Sequence record: DRR723986_11044
DNA length: 63,094 nt
Strand: one strand, 5' to 3'
A program made the position numbers and the translations under genes. Shown piece after piece: positions 1 through 9,917 of this stretch (its first letter is position 1; each line of letters begins with the position of its first letter). The notes beneath the pieces were generated by a model. That model did not search any database, was not told where the DNA came from, and was given only the letters and a program-made list of their open reading frames with translations.

Positions 1-1
1 G

Positions 2-169
2 TGGATGAAAGCCATGATTCCACATCACTCTTCAGCCATCATGGTAAGTCAAAAAGCTCATCTCCAAGATCCAGAAGCACAGAAATTGGCGCAGGATATC
101 ATAGAAGCACAGCAGCGGGAGATCGCTCAGATGCAGGCAATGATTGAGCGACTGGAGGCGACTAAATAA
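2..169 (+). CDS. DUF305 / CopM-like ferritin-fold metal-binding protein, 3' part (truncated by window start)
   Basis: Not in the ORF track. Frame +2 reads WMKAMIPHHSSAIMVSQKAHLQDPEAQKLAQDIIEAQQREIAQMQ...ATK*, with the MIPHH..AI and AQ..EI..M DUF305 signatures; the stop is 3 nt before the oxidase start. Confidence 0.85.
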   Translation, partial: WMKAMIPHHSSAIMVSQKAHLQDPEAQKLAQDIIEAQQREIAQMQAMIERLEATK

Positions 170-172
170 GCG

Positions 173-2596
173 ATGAGACTTAAGCTAAAATATCTCATTG
201 GTTCCATTCTGTTTCTTCTTTGCATGGGCGAGAACAGCAGTTTGGCAAAAGCAGATCAGACACCAGCTGACACTGCGACTTATACTTTATCTATAAAAAA
301 AGATATGGTAACCAAAGCTGGAAAACCTGTGCCCGCTATGACTGTTAATGGTGGAATTCCAGGCCCTACACTGACTTTTCAGGAAGGTGGATATGCTGTC
401 ATCTATGTCAAAAATGAAATGGATGTGGAAACTTCAGTTCATTGGCATGGGATCCTTCTTCCGAATTTCTTTGATGGAGTCCCCTATCTGACCACACCTC
501 CGATACTGCCTGGAGAAACCCAAAAATATGAGTTTCCTCTGAAGCAGGCTGGAACCTATTGGTACCATTCGCATACAATGCTTCAGGAGCAAAGTGGTGT
601 TTACGGCTCTATAGTTATTGAACCGAAGGAGAAAACGCTGGAATACGATACAGACTTGGTCATTCTTCTGTCTGATTGGACCAATCAGAAAGCCATGAAT
701 GTAATGCGAAACCTAAAGCGAGGAAATGAATGGTATAACATCAAAAAAGGCACTGCAACCCCTCTAAATCAAGTGATAGCAAGGGGAGGCTTCGGTGCTC
801 AGATGAATTTTTGGAAACAACGAATGGAAGGTGCTGACATTGCAGACATTTACTACAATGCTTTCCTTACAAATGGCCAGTCTATCTCCGAGTACCCCGA
901 TTTGAAACCTGGGGAGAAAGTGCGTGTACGGTTTATCAACGGATCTGCATCATCACAGTTTTGGTTGACTTTCGGAGGAGCGGATCCCCTGCTTGTGTCT
1001 GCTGACGGTCTGGACGTGGAGCCAGTAGTCCACAATAAGACTTTTATCGCCATCGCCGAGACCTACGACTTCATTGTCACTATTCCAGATTCTGGAAAGA
1101 TAGAAATCAGAGCAACAGCACAAGACGGCTCCGGACAAACGTCTGCTTTCTTAGGAAATGGAAATATCCTCAGTGCGCCAGATGTCCCCCGTCCAGACAA
1201 AATAGGAATGATGATGAAAATGGCAAAGATGGACATGAAAATGGGAGCCCCGGCCATGAAGTTTAAACCTTCCGAAGAGAATCCAATAGAAATGATGGAT
1301 AAGTGGGGAATGCAAATGGATGATAAGATGAACATGGACGAAATGAATCCTAATGAAATGAATAAGGATCACTCGAAGATGGAGAAGACTGAAATGACAA
1401 TGGATCATTCCAAGATGAATATGGAAGAGAAAAGCTCAAGTGATTCTTCTAAAAAAGTTACTATGCAAGGTATGGATCATTCCAAAAAGGACCACAATCA
1501 ACCAATGGCTAAACCTATGGAAACGGATGGTAAAATGGACATGGGTGCGTCTATGGACAAAATGCCTGGTATGGATATGTTCGCCGAATACAATTACGAC
1601 TACCTAAAATCACCCGAAAAAACCAGCTTCCCAGCCAATGAAGCTGTAAATGAAGTCCTGCTGAATCTTACAGGAAATATGTGGCGCTACATCTGGAGCA
1701 TGAATGGAGTACCACTAGCTGAAGCTGATAAGATAAAAATCGAAGGCGGAAAAGTGACCCGAATTACCTTGAACAACCTCACGATGATGCATCACCCGAT
1801 GCACCTTCATGGCCATTTCTTCAGAGTAATCAACGATAAAGGAGAATATTCACCTCTCAAGCATACGGTGAATGTGCCTCCAATGCAAAAGATCACTATT
1901 GAATTTGAAGGTACCGAAGAGGGAGATTGGTTTTTCCACTGTCATGTGCTTTATCATATGATGGGTGGAATGGCCAGGATATTCTCTTACGAAACCCCAC
2001 GAGATCCAAGATTAAAAGGCTTTCCGCTAAAAAAACTTATTAAAGAAAGTGATGAATATTTTAACTGGGGAACTGCGAATGTAGCCTCCCAAATGGTAGG
2101 TCTAAACCTAATGTCTTCAAATATTCGCAATCAGTTCAACTTGGATCTGGAATATGGATATAACCAGAATTTTGAAGCAGAGGTAAGCTACGAACGATAT
2201 CTCTATGATTATTTCAGAGTATTCGCTGGAGTGAACCTGGAAAATGAGGTGGCCGAAAGTCTTGATAAGATCAATGCTACGGCAGTGGTCGGGATTCGAT
2301 TCCTCACACCTTACTTATTCAATCTCGATGTAAGGCTTGATAGCAAACTCAGACCAGAATTCAGAATCAACAGAGAAATCATGATTTTCCCACGAACTAC
2401 CATTTTCGCTAATTATGAATATCAAATGGATTTTGGATGGACAAATACCCTTCCCGAATCAGGCGAAAACTCCAACTACAAAGGGGAGACTACCTGGTCA
2501 GCGGGTGCTAGTTATATTTTCTCCAGAAACTTCTCTGTCATGGGAAGTTACGACAATCGTTTTGGCGCCGGTGGTGGATTGACAGTTAGATTTTAA
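173..2596 (+). CDS. Multicopper oxidase (CopA-type) with Met/His-rich insert and C-terminal beta-strand-rich (CopB-like) domain
   Basis: Signal peptide; copper motifs HWHG, WYHSH, HPMHLHGH, HCHVLYHM; Met-rich segment with three DHSK repeats; C-terminus ends GGGLTVRF. Confidence 0.93.
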   Translation: MRLKLKYLIGSILFLLCMGENSSLAKADQTPADTATYTLSIKKDMVTKAGKPVPAMTVNGGIPGPTLTFQEGGYAVIYVKNEMDVETSVHWHGILLPNFFDGVPYLTTPPILPGETQKYEFPLKQAGTYWYHSHTMLQEQSGVYGSIVIEPKEKTLEYDTDLVILLSDWTNQKAMNVMRNLKRGNEWYNIKKGTATPLNQVIARGGFGAQMNFWKQRMEGADIADIYYNAFLTNGQSISEYPDLKPGEKVRVRFINGSASSQFWLTFGGADPLLVSADGLDVEPVVHNKTFIAIAETYDFIVTIPDSGKIEIRATAQDGSGQTSAFLGNGNILSAPDVPRPDKIGMMMKMAKMDMKMGAPAMKFKPSEENPIEMMDKWGMQMDDKMNMDEMNPNEMNKDHSKMEKTEMTMDHSKMNMEEKSSSDSSKKVTMQGMDHSKKDHNQPMAKPMETDGKMDMGASMDKMPGMDMFAEYNYDYLKSPEKTSFPANEAVNEVLLNLTGNMWRYIWSMNGVPLAEADKIKIEGGKVTRITLNNLTMMHHPMHLHGHFFRVINDKGEYSPLKHTVNVPPMQKITIEFEGTEEGDWFFHCHVLYHMMGGMARIFSYETPRDPRLKGFPLKKLIKESDEYFNWGTANVASQMVGLNLMSSNIRNQFNLDLEYGYNQNFEAEVSYERYLYDYFRVFAGVNLENEVAESLDKINATAVVGIRFLTPYLFNLDVRLDSKLRPEFRINREIMIFPRTTIFANYEYQMDFGWTNTLPESGENSNYKGETTWSAGASYIFSRNFSVMGSYDNRFGAGGGLTVRF

Positions 2597-2629
2597 AATC
2601 TTTTAGACAGCTATTTAAACAAAGATAAA

Positions 2630-4660
2630 ATGGAACATTCAGACCATAAACATAAGGAACATGAATCCCATCAAAAGGGAAAGCATGGAATGAAAGGTCA
2701 TGACCATAGCATGCATCATATGCATATGATCCAAGATTTCAAAAAGCGATTCTGGATTTCTCTGGTGATCACCTTGCCAATAGTAGTCTTGGCGCCAATG
2801 ATCCAAGGGCTTTTGAGCTATGAATTCAGATTTGAAGGAGACCGATACTTGCAATTCGCCCTTTCCTCGGTGGTCTTCTTTTATGGAGGCTGGCCATTCT
2901 TAAAGGGCATGGTAGAGGAACTGAAAAAGAAAAAACCAGGCATGATGACATTGATTGCACTGGCGATTTCAGTAGCCTATTTCTATAGCTCAGCTGTAGT
3001 CTTTGGCCTTTCTGGAAAAATATTCTTTTGGGAATTGGTTAGTTTGATTGATATCATGCTGCTAGGACATTGGATAGAAATGAAATCAGTGATGGGAGCT
3101 TCTAATGCTCTTCAGGAACTGGCTAAAATGATGCCTTCAGAAGCTAGGAGAATAAAGGAAAATGGTGAATCCGAAGATGTTCCTATTGCAGAGCTAAAAT
3201 CTGGAGACACAATTTTAGTGAGACCAGGTGAAAAAATTCCAGCTGATGGTGAAATCCTGGAAGGGAGCAGTCATGTAAATGAATCCATGCTTACAGGTGA
3301 GTCCAAACCAGTGGCAAAACAGAAAGACGATGAAGTGATCGGTGGATCAGTGAATGATAATGGTGCCCTAAAAATCAAAGTGAAGCACACTGGAGAAGAG
3401 TCGTACTTGTCCAAAGTAATAGGATTAGTTACAGAGGCACAAAAAACGAAGTCCAATACTCAAAATTTGGCTGACAAAGCTGCAGGCTGGTTGTTCTACA
3501 TCGCTTTGGCAGCAGGAATTATCACCTTGGTAGTATGGCTAAGCCTTGGCAAAGACTTCAATTACGCCCTGGAGAGAATGGTCACGGTCATGATAATATC
3601 CTGTCCCCATGCATTAGGTCTGGCGGTGCCATTGGTTGTTGCTATTTCCACTTCCGTTTCTGCTAAGCACGGCTTGTTGATTCGCAACAGGACTGCCTTT
3701 GAAAATTCAAGGAACCTGACCACCATCATTTTTGACAAGACAGGAACCTTGACCAAAGGTGAATTCGGAGTGACTCGATTCAAAAGCGTAGCAGAGGGAA
3801 TGGAAGATAAAGACTTACTCGCCATTGCAGCAGCACTTGAAAATAGTTCTGAACATCCAATCGCAGCTGGAATTGTAAGAAAATCAAAGGAGCTAGAATT
3901 AAAACTAGGCAAGCCAGAAAACTTCCAAAACATCACTGGAATGGGCATAAAAGCCAATCTTGACGGGAAAGAGATTAGTATTTTAAGCCCGGGCGGGTTA
4001 AAACAAAAAGAAATAGAACAACCTGAAGGTGCTTTCAAAACAGAAGATGAAACAGTAGTCTTTGTACTTTCGGATGAAAAGCTTATTGGTTACATCGCAT
4101 TAGCGGATGAAATCCGTGATGAGTCTCAAGAAGCTATCAATACACTTAAAAAGCACGGAATTAAGATCTTAATGGCTACCGGCGACAATGAAATAGTTGC
4201 CAAAGCAGTAAGTGAGACACTCGGGCTGGACGGCTATTATTCAGAAGTATTGCCGGAAGACAAGCAAAAGATCATCAAAGACCTACAAGCTAAAGGTGAA
4301 TTCGTGGCTATGACCGGAGATGGTGTCAACGATGCCCCAGCTTTAGCTCAGGCAGATGTAGGAATCGCTGTTGGATCAGGTACTGACGTTGCTGCTGAAA
4401 CTGCCGATATCATTTTGGTCAATAGCAACCCAATAGACATCGCCAACCTGATCCTATTCGGAACTGCTACTTACAAAAAAATGATGCAGAATATCTGGTG
4501 GGCAGCAGGATATAATATCGTAGCCGTTCCCTTGGCTGCAGGAGTATTGGCTGGCGCCGGAATTATTCTAAGCCCAGCAATTGGTGCAGCTCTGATGAGT
4601 TTAAGTACAGTCATCGTGGCCTTCAACGCACAATTATTAAAACGGCAGATCAAATCTTAA
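2630..4660 (+). CDS. copB: Copper-exporting P1B-3 type ATPase
   Basis: His-rich N-terminus; [26 protein letters not shown] and MSLS motifs. Confidence 0.93.
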   Translation: MEHSDHKHKEHESHQKGKHGMKGHDHSMHHMHMIQDFKKRFWISLVITLPIVVLAPMIQGLLSYEFRFEGDRYLQFALSSVVFFYGGWPFLKGMVEELKKKKPGMMTLIALAISVAYFYSSAVVFGLSGKIFFWELVSLIDIMLLGHWIEMKSVMGASNALQELAKMMPSEARRIKENGESEDVPIAELKSGDTILVRPGEKIPADGEILEGSSHVNESMLTGESKPVAKQKDDEVIGGSVNDNGALKIKVKHTGEESYLSKVIGLVTEAQKTKSNTQNLADKAAGWLFYIALAAGIITLVVWLSLGKDFNYALERMVTVMIISCPHALGLAVPLVVAISTSVSAKHGLLIRNRTAFENSRNLTTIIFDKTGTLTKGEFGVTRFKSVAEGMEDKDLLAIAAALENSSEHPIAAGIVRKSKELELKLGKPENFQNITGMGIKANLDGKEISILSPGGLKQKEIEQPEGAFKTEDETVVFVLSDEKLIGYIALADEIRDESQEAINTLKKHGIKILMATGDNEIVAKAVSETLGLDGYYSEVLPEDKQKIIKDLQAKGEFVAMTGDGVNDAPALAQADVGIAVGSGTDVAAETADIILVNSNPIDIANLILFGTATYKKMMQNIWWAAGYNIVAVPLAAGVLAGAGIILSPAIGAALMSLSTVIVAFNAQLLKRQIKS

Positions 4661-4804
4661 CTGACATTATCTAAAAAAGAAATACATAAACCACCCATTG
4701 GCACATAAGATTTCTGGCTGCTAGGCGCTTAGATAAGAAACTTAAAGCATAGGTAAACATCAATAAATAAAACTAAGTATCCGTAAAATTCAAAATGAAG
4801 TAAA

Positions 4805-5407
4805 ATGAAAACTCAAAAAACAATTCTATCGCTGGCATTAATTGCTGGACTTTCTTTTTCACTAATTGCATGTGGAGAAAAGAAACAAGAGGATCATACC
4901 ATGGGATCAGAAGACCATAATGCAATGTCTGAATCTATGGACAACATGGATAAAGGAATGGACATGAGTGGACCGGCCACTAAGACTGATCTAATAGATG
5001 AGTACTTGGAAATCAAAACAGCTCTTGGAAACAACAGTAAGGAAGAAGCTGCAAAAGCAGCAACTAAACTGGCTGAGTATGCAAAAACCATTTCATTCGA
5101 TCAGTTAACCGATGAAAAGAAATCCGAAGTAAGTAGCATATTGGAAGTTATCCAAGAACACAGTGAGCACATCGCCAAAAGTGAAATGGATCATCAGATT
5201 GAGCATTTTGAGGCAATGGGAAAAGACTTCACAGATCTATTGGCAATTGTAGGCTCGGATAGAAAGCTATATCAGCAGCAGTGTCCAATGTATAATAAGA
5301 ATGAAGGTGGCATATGGCTGAGTGATTCAGAAGAAATAAAGAATCCCTTGTTTGCCGGTAAAATGAAAACCTGTGGAGCTGTAAAGCAAGTGATAGAAAT
5401 CGGATGA
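4805..5407 (+). CDS. DUF3347 family lipoprotein (metal-binding)
   Basis: Lipobox LIAC; His/Met-rich linker; C-terminal CPM...W.S..EIKNP..G..M..CG signature. Confidence 0.8.
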   Translation: MKTQKTILSLALIAGLSFSLIACGEKKQEDHTMGSEDHNAMSESMDNMDKGMDMSGPATKTDLIDEYLEIKTALGNNSKEEAAKAATKLAEYAKTISFDQLTDEKKSEVSSILEVIQEHSEHIAKSEMDHQIEHFEAMGKDFTDLLAIVGSDRKLYQQQCPMYNKNEGGIWLSDSEEIKNPLFAGKMKTCGAVKQVIEIG

Positions 5408-5850
5408 AAAAAGTAGTCGGGGTTATTATAACCTTACTCCTTATTGTTTTGGTGGGAATTCAATTCATTCCCACCAATCAAAATCCTTACCTGCCTACAG
5501 ATTCCAATGATTTCATAATTCTTAATAATCCACCTGTGAAAATTGGAAAGATGCTTAAAACTTCATGCTACAACTGCCATAGTGATCAGATCAACTACCC
5601 ATGGTATAGCAAACTTCAGCCTGCTGCTTGGTTACTTGAAAAACATATCCGGGAGGGTAAGGAAGAATTAAATCTTTCTCAATATGGATCACTATCCGGG
5701 AGAATGGAAAAAATGAAATTAGAGAGTATGATTAAACAAATTGAGCAAAAAAAAATGCCTATTTCCTCATACACTCTCATACATCAGGATGCAATATTAT
5801 CTGACTCAGACCGAAAGGAACTCGTTGCTTACCTGCAAAACTTACAGTGA
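5404..5850 (+). CDS. Haem-binding domain protein (c-type cytochrome-like)
   Basis: N-terminal TM segment, CYNCH haem motif, YPWYS, distal Met in KMP; overlaps the upstream stop by 4 nt. Confidence 0.85.
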   Translation: MKKVVGVIITLLLIVLVGIQFIPTNQNPYLPTDSNDFIILNNPPVKIGKMLKTSCYNCHSDQINYPWYSKLQPAAWLLEKHIREGKEELNLSQYGSLSGRMEKMKLESMIKQIEQKKMPISSYTLIHQDAILSDSDRKELVAYLQNLQ

Positions 5851-5938
5851 ATGGAATTTAACAAATTCATGATTTTAGTTTAAAAATTGAATTTGACATA
5901 GTAAACATTAGGATTAAAAATTCTAAGTAATACACAAA

Positions 5939-7726
5939 ATGAAAAATATATTCAATAACAAATTTGTCCTGATTGCTGTCACTTTGCTGATCGGACTGAC
6001 CATAGGTTGGCTACTTAAGCCTGCTCCTTCTCCAAAACTAGAAGCCGATGAACATGAGCATGTCGAGTCGATCGCTGGAATCCCTATTACCTACACTTGC
6101 TCCATGCACCCTCAAATCCGACAGAATGAGCCAGGTGATTGTCCAATCTGCGGAATGGACCTAATCCCATTGGAGAATGATAATGCTGATGCTGATCCTA
6201 TGGCTGTAACCATGTCTCCTACTGCAATGCAACTTGCAGGGGTACAATCAATCCTAGTTGGTAATGCTGATGCTGGAAAGTCAATTCGTCTGAACGGAAA
6301 AATTCAAGCTGATGAACGTCAGAATTATACACAATCAGCGCATATACCGGGAAGGATTGAAGAATTGTCTGTAAACTTCACCGGTGAATATGTAAAAAAA
6401 GGCCAGGTATTAGGCCAAATTTATTCACCGGAATTGGCTACCGCCCAAGAAGAACTTTTTCAGGCACAGAAGATCAAGGATTCCCAACCTGCGCTTTTCA
6501 ATGCAGCCAAAGAAAAACTTAAAAATTGGAAACTGACTGATTCCCAGATAGCACAAATTCTTGCTACAGGAAAAGTAACCGAGCAACTACCAATTTTAGC
6601 GAATGTATCAGGATATGTCACTGATAAAATGGTGAATCTGGGCGACTATGTGAGCAAAGGGGAACCTATATATCAAATTGCTGATCTCAGCAAAGTCTGG
6701 GTATTATTTGACGTCTATGAATCAGAATTGCAATGGGTGAAAAAAGGTGATCAAATCGAATTTACTGTTCAGTCCCTTCCTGGTGAGACTTTCACCGGAA
6801 AACTCAGCTACATCGACCCGATGATCAACCCTCAGACAAGAGTAGCAAAAGCAAGGCTGGAAGTGAGTAATTCTAACCTGAAATTCAAGCCTGAAATGTT
6901 TGTATCCGGGAAAGTGGAAAGTAACGGTAAGTCTATAGATAACAGCATCATAGTTCCAAAAACGGCTGTGATGTGGACAGGAACGAGATCTGTGGTTTAT
7001 GTGAAGAATGTTTCAGATCAAGCAGTAAGTTTTAAGCTTCGGGAAGTAACTCTTGGCGCATCTTTGGGCTCAGAATATGTCATTACTTCAGGTTTAGAAT
7101 CAGGAGAAGAAATCGCAGTAAATGGCACATTCAGCATTGATGCTGCCGCTCAACTTGCGGGGAAACCGAGTATGATGTCTCCTGATGGAGGAGCTGCAAT
7201 GACTGGACACAATCATGGTGGAATGCCTGGAATGAAAATGGAAACTACTAATCACTCATCGCCAAGTGCGGTAGTGTTAACGCCCCAAGCTAAAGATGAG
7301 CTGAAGCTGATTTTTGACAGCTATTTCGAATTAAAAAATGCTTTGACCAAAGATGATCTGTCCATTGCCAAAGCTAGCGCTGCTACAATGCTTGCTTCAG
7401 TGGAAAAAGTAAATATGTCCGAGTTCAAAGGAGATGCCCATATGGAATGGATGAATTACGAAAAAAACATTAAAGTCGATTTGGTTAAAATCAAGAGTGC
7501 TAAATCACTGGAAGATATCCGAAATTCATTTCTTTCTATCTCAGATGAAATGGTTGGTTTGGCCGAAAATTTCACGCCTTTGGCTTCCAAAATTTATGTG
7601 CAGCATTGTCCAATGGCAGATTCCAACAAAGGTGCTGATTGGCTGAGTCTGGAGGAAAAAGTTATGAACCCATACTTTGGAAAAGGTATGCTCTCCTGTG
7701 GAGAAGTCACCAAAACAATTCAATAA
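5939..7726 (+). CDS. CusB-like RND periplasmic adaptor with N-terminal heavy-metal-binding domain and C-terminal DUF3347
   Basis: YTCSMHPQI..CPICGMDL; adaptor core (IYSPEL, DLSKVWV, KPEMFV); C-terminal CPMA...WLS...NPYFG..MLSCG. Confidence 0.9.
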   Translation: MKNIFNNKFVLIAVTLLIGLTIGWLLKPAPSPKLEADEHEHVESIAGIPITYTCSMHPQIRQNEPGDCPICGMDLIPLENDNADADPMAVTMSPTAMQLAGVQSILVGNADAGKSIRLNGKIQADERQNYTQSAHIPGRIEELSVNFTGEYVKKGQVLGQIYSPELATAQEELFQAQKIKDSQPALFNAAKEKLKNWKLTDSQIAQILATGKVTEQLPILANVSGYVTDKMVNLGDYVSKGEPIYQIADLSKVWVLFDVYESELQWVKKGDQIEFTVQSLPGETFTGKLSYIDPMINPQTRVAKARLEVSNSNLKFKPEMFVSGKVESNGKSIDNSIIVPKTAVMWTGTRSVVYVKNVSDQAVSFKLREVTLGASLGSEYVITSGLESGEEIAVNGTFSIDAAAQLAGKPSMMSPDGGAAMTGHNHGGMPGMKMETTNHSSPSAVVLTPQAKDELKLIFDSYFELKNALTKDDLSIAKASAATMLASVEKVNMSEFKGDAHMEWMNYEKNIKVDLVKIKSAKSLEDIRNSFLSISDEMVGLAENFTPLASKIYVQHCPMADSNKGADWLSLEEKVMNPYFGKGMLSCGEVTKTIQ

Positions 7727-7743
7727 TAAAAACGCCCAACTAT

Positions 7744-8343
7744 ATGAAAATCAAACTATTATTACTAGCCTTATTTGCGACTACAGCCTGCAATCCAAAA
7801 AATAAAGAAAACCATGAAATGGATCACATGGAACATCAAATGGAATCAGAATCACATGAAATTCATGAGGCGAAGCCCGCGGAAGTACCCAAAAGCCCCC
7901 GAACTTCAGCTATGGCCATGACAGGTGGTAATCATATTCATATTGATTACAGTGCCCCAAGTGTAAGAGGGAGACAGATTTTTGGCGGGCTTGTGGCTTA
8001 TAATGAAGTCTGGGTGACAGGTGCCCACAAAGCTACCAATATCAAATTTGACAAAGATGTGATCATAAACGGCGAAACGATAAAGGCTGGCCAATATGGG
8101 CTTTTTACCATCCCAGGAAAAGAGGAATGGACAATAATACTGAATCAGGATTGGGACATGCATTTGGCAGATGACTATAATGCTTCCAATGATCTGATCA
8201 GGATCAATGTAAAACCAGAAAAATTAAATGAAACTGTGGAAGCGCTGACTTTCGAAGTCAAAGAAAAAGATGCCAAAACAACTACAGTCGCAATTTCATG
8301 GGACAAGACTAAGGTCTCGTTTGAAGCAGTGAACGCTGAATAA
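7744..8343 (+). CDS. DUF2911 family lipoprotein
   Basis: Start moved to ATG 7744 (MKIKLLL..TTAC lipobox) to avoid overlap with the upstream gene; SPR...IDYSAPSVRGRQIFGGLVAY..VW.TGA signature. Confidence 0.82.
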   Translation: MKIKLLLLALFATTACNPKNKENHEMDHMEHQMESESHEIHEAKPAEVPKSPRTSAMAMTGGNHIHIDYSAPSVRGRQIFGGLVAYNEVWVTGAHKATNIKFDKDVIINGETIKAGQYGLFTIPGKEEWTIILNQDWDMHLADDYNASNDLIRINVKPEKLNETVEALTFEVKEKDAKTTTVAISWDKTKVSFEAVNAE

Positions 8344-9038
8344 TGAGAAAAAACAATCAATATTATGCACGGAGAATCCATAGATTTCTAGGTGTATTTA
8401 TAGGAATCCAATTTATCTTTTGGACTATTTCCGGGCTATACTTCAGTTGGACAGATATCGATGAAATACATGGAGATCATTTTCGTAATGATCATATGAT
8501 GCATGAAAATGCTAGCGAACTAATCGACATCAATCAGCTCGATTCCACCCTAAAGATCTCAACCCTAGAACTTAGATTTGTAAATCATGAACCCTACTAT
8601 TGGGTGAATGAAAGCAAGCTATTTGATGCTAAATCAGGAAAGCTTCATTCAGAGATTTCTGAGGCTGAAGCACGAGAAATCGCTCAAATTTATATCAAAG
8701 AAAATCTCCAAATCAGGGAAGTTAATTACCTGACTGATGCTGGGGCTCATCACGAATACCGAGGTACATCGCTTCCTGCATGGGCAATACATTTCGATAC
8801 CTCTGAAAATCTGGTAGCATATGTAGATGCTAAGAGTGGCCAGTTTACCAAAGTCAGGCACCGAGCTTGGCGTTGGTTTGACTTTCTTTGGATGTTCCAC
8901 ACTATGGACTATGCGGGGAGAGACAACTTCAACAACCTCCTCTTAAGGATATTTTCTCTTGCTGGGTTAGCGGCTGTAGGGTCAGGTTTCACTTTATTCA
9001 TCATGACTCTTAAGAAAAAAAGGCACTCTAAAAAATAG
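8343..9038 (+). CDS. PepSY-associated TM helix membrane protein
   Basis: RRIHRFLG..IGIQ..W.ISGLYFSW N-terminus; WRWFDFLWMFHTMDY C-terminal motif. Confidence 0.8.
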   Translation: MRKNNQYYARRIHRFLGVFIGIQFIFWTISGLYFSWTDIDEIHGDHFRNDHMMHENASELIDINQLDSTLKISTLELRFVNHEPYYWVNESKLFDAKSGKLHSEISEAEAREIAQIYIKENLQIREVNYLTDAGAHHEYRGTSLPAWAIHFDTSENLVAYVDAKSGQFTKVRHRAWRWFDFLWMFHTMDYAGRDNFNNLLLRIFSLAGLAAVGSGFTLFIMTLKKKRHSKK

Positions 9039-9081
9039 AATTCTCCATGTTGAGTAAAGTTTATTAAAATTATATAACTCC

Positions 9082-9876
9082 CTATTTGCTCAATTTCAAA
9101 ATTCTGAATGCACCCTGGACCACCAAAACAAAAACTACTCCTCCAATGATCAAATCTGGAAGACTGGAATTCAACCAGTTGACCAAAAGAGCAGCTACTA
9201 TAACGCCTAAGTTTATGATTACATCATTGGAGGTGAAAATCATACTTGCCTTCATGTGAGCATCTTCTTTACTTTTTGACCTTTGTAAAAGGTAAAGACA
9301 AAGAGCATTAGCGAGTAGTGCAAAAATTGAAACTATAAACATCGTTGAAAAGTTGGGAACTTCTTCCATCCCGAAAAACCTACTTAACACTTCTGAAAAA
9401 CCTATTAGAGCAAGTACAATTTGAAAATACCCCGCAAGTTTTGAAATTCGTTTTTTCTTCCGAATAGTCCCTCCCACCGCAAATATACTAATGCCATACA
9501 CTAAGCTATCTGCAAGCATATCTAAACTGTCCGCAACCAACCCCATGGATTTGGAAAATATTCCTGTAGCCATTTCGATAAGAAAAAAAACGAAGTTGAT
9601 TGCAAGTACATACCAGAGGAGCCTTTTCTGGTTGGAATCCTCAAGGAAATCAGTCTGGTTAGTAAGTTCTGTGGATAGTTTCCTACTTCCCAAATTCAAT
9701 TCATAAATTGACTTTTCAATCTGTTCTATTTCCCCCATATGAAAGACAATCAATCTTCTGTTGGGTATATCAAACTCCAGGTTTTTAACAGAAGTAATTC
9801 CATCCAACTTTATCCGAATCAGATTTTCCTCGGAAGGACAATCCATCTGTTTTATTTCAAATAGTGACTTCTCCAT
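9082..9876 (-). CDS. Cation diffusion facilitator-type transporter with N-terminal HMA-like domain
   Basis: MDCPSEE N-terminal motif; SMGLVADSLDMLAD and FTSNDV transmembrane metal-site motifs. Confidence 0.85.
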   Translation of the reverse strand: MEKSLFEIKQMDCPSEENLIRIKLDGITSVKNLEFDIPNRRLIVFHMGEIEQIEKSIYELNLGSRKLSTELTNQTDFLEDSNQKRLLWYVLAINFVFFLIEMATGIFSKSMGLVADSLDMLADSLVYGISIFAVGGTIRKKKRISKLAGYFQIVLALIGFSEVLSRFFGMEEVPNFSTMFIVSIFALLANALCLYLLQRSKSKEDAHMKASMIFTSNDVIINLGVIVAALLVNWLNSSLPDLIIGGVVFVLVVQGAFRILKLSK

Positions 9877-9917
9877 TTAGTAAAATAAGTAAACGGCTGC
9901 TCATTCATTCAATACTA

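Noticed and set aside
1200-1580. Repetitive ATG-rich DNA resembling a tandem repeat or array
   Set aside because: It is the coding Met/His-rich insert of the oxidase; there is no regular repeat-spacer period.
7639-7743. N-terminal extension of the DUF2911 ORF in the track
   Set aside because: It overlaps the upstream gene by 88 nt; the lipoprotein signal begins at ATG 7744.
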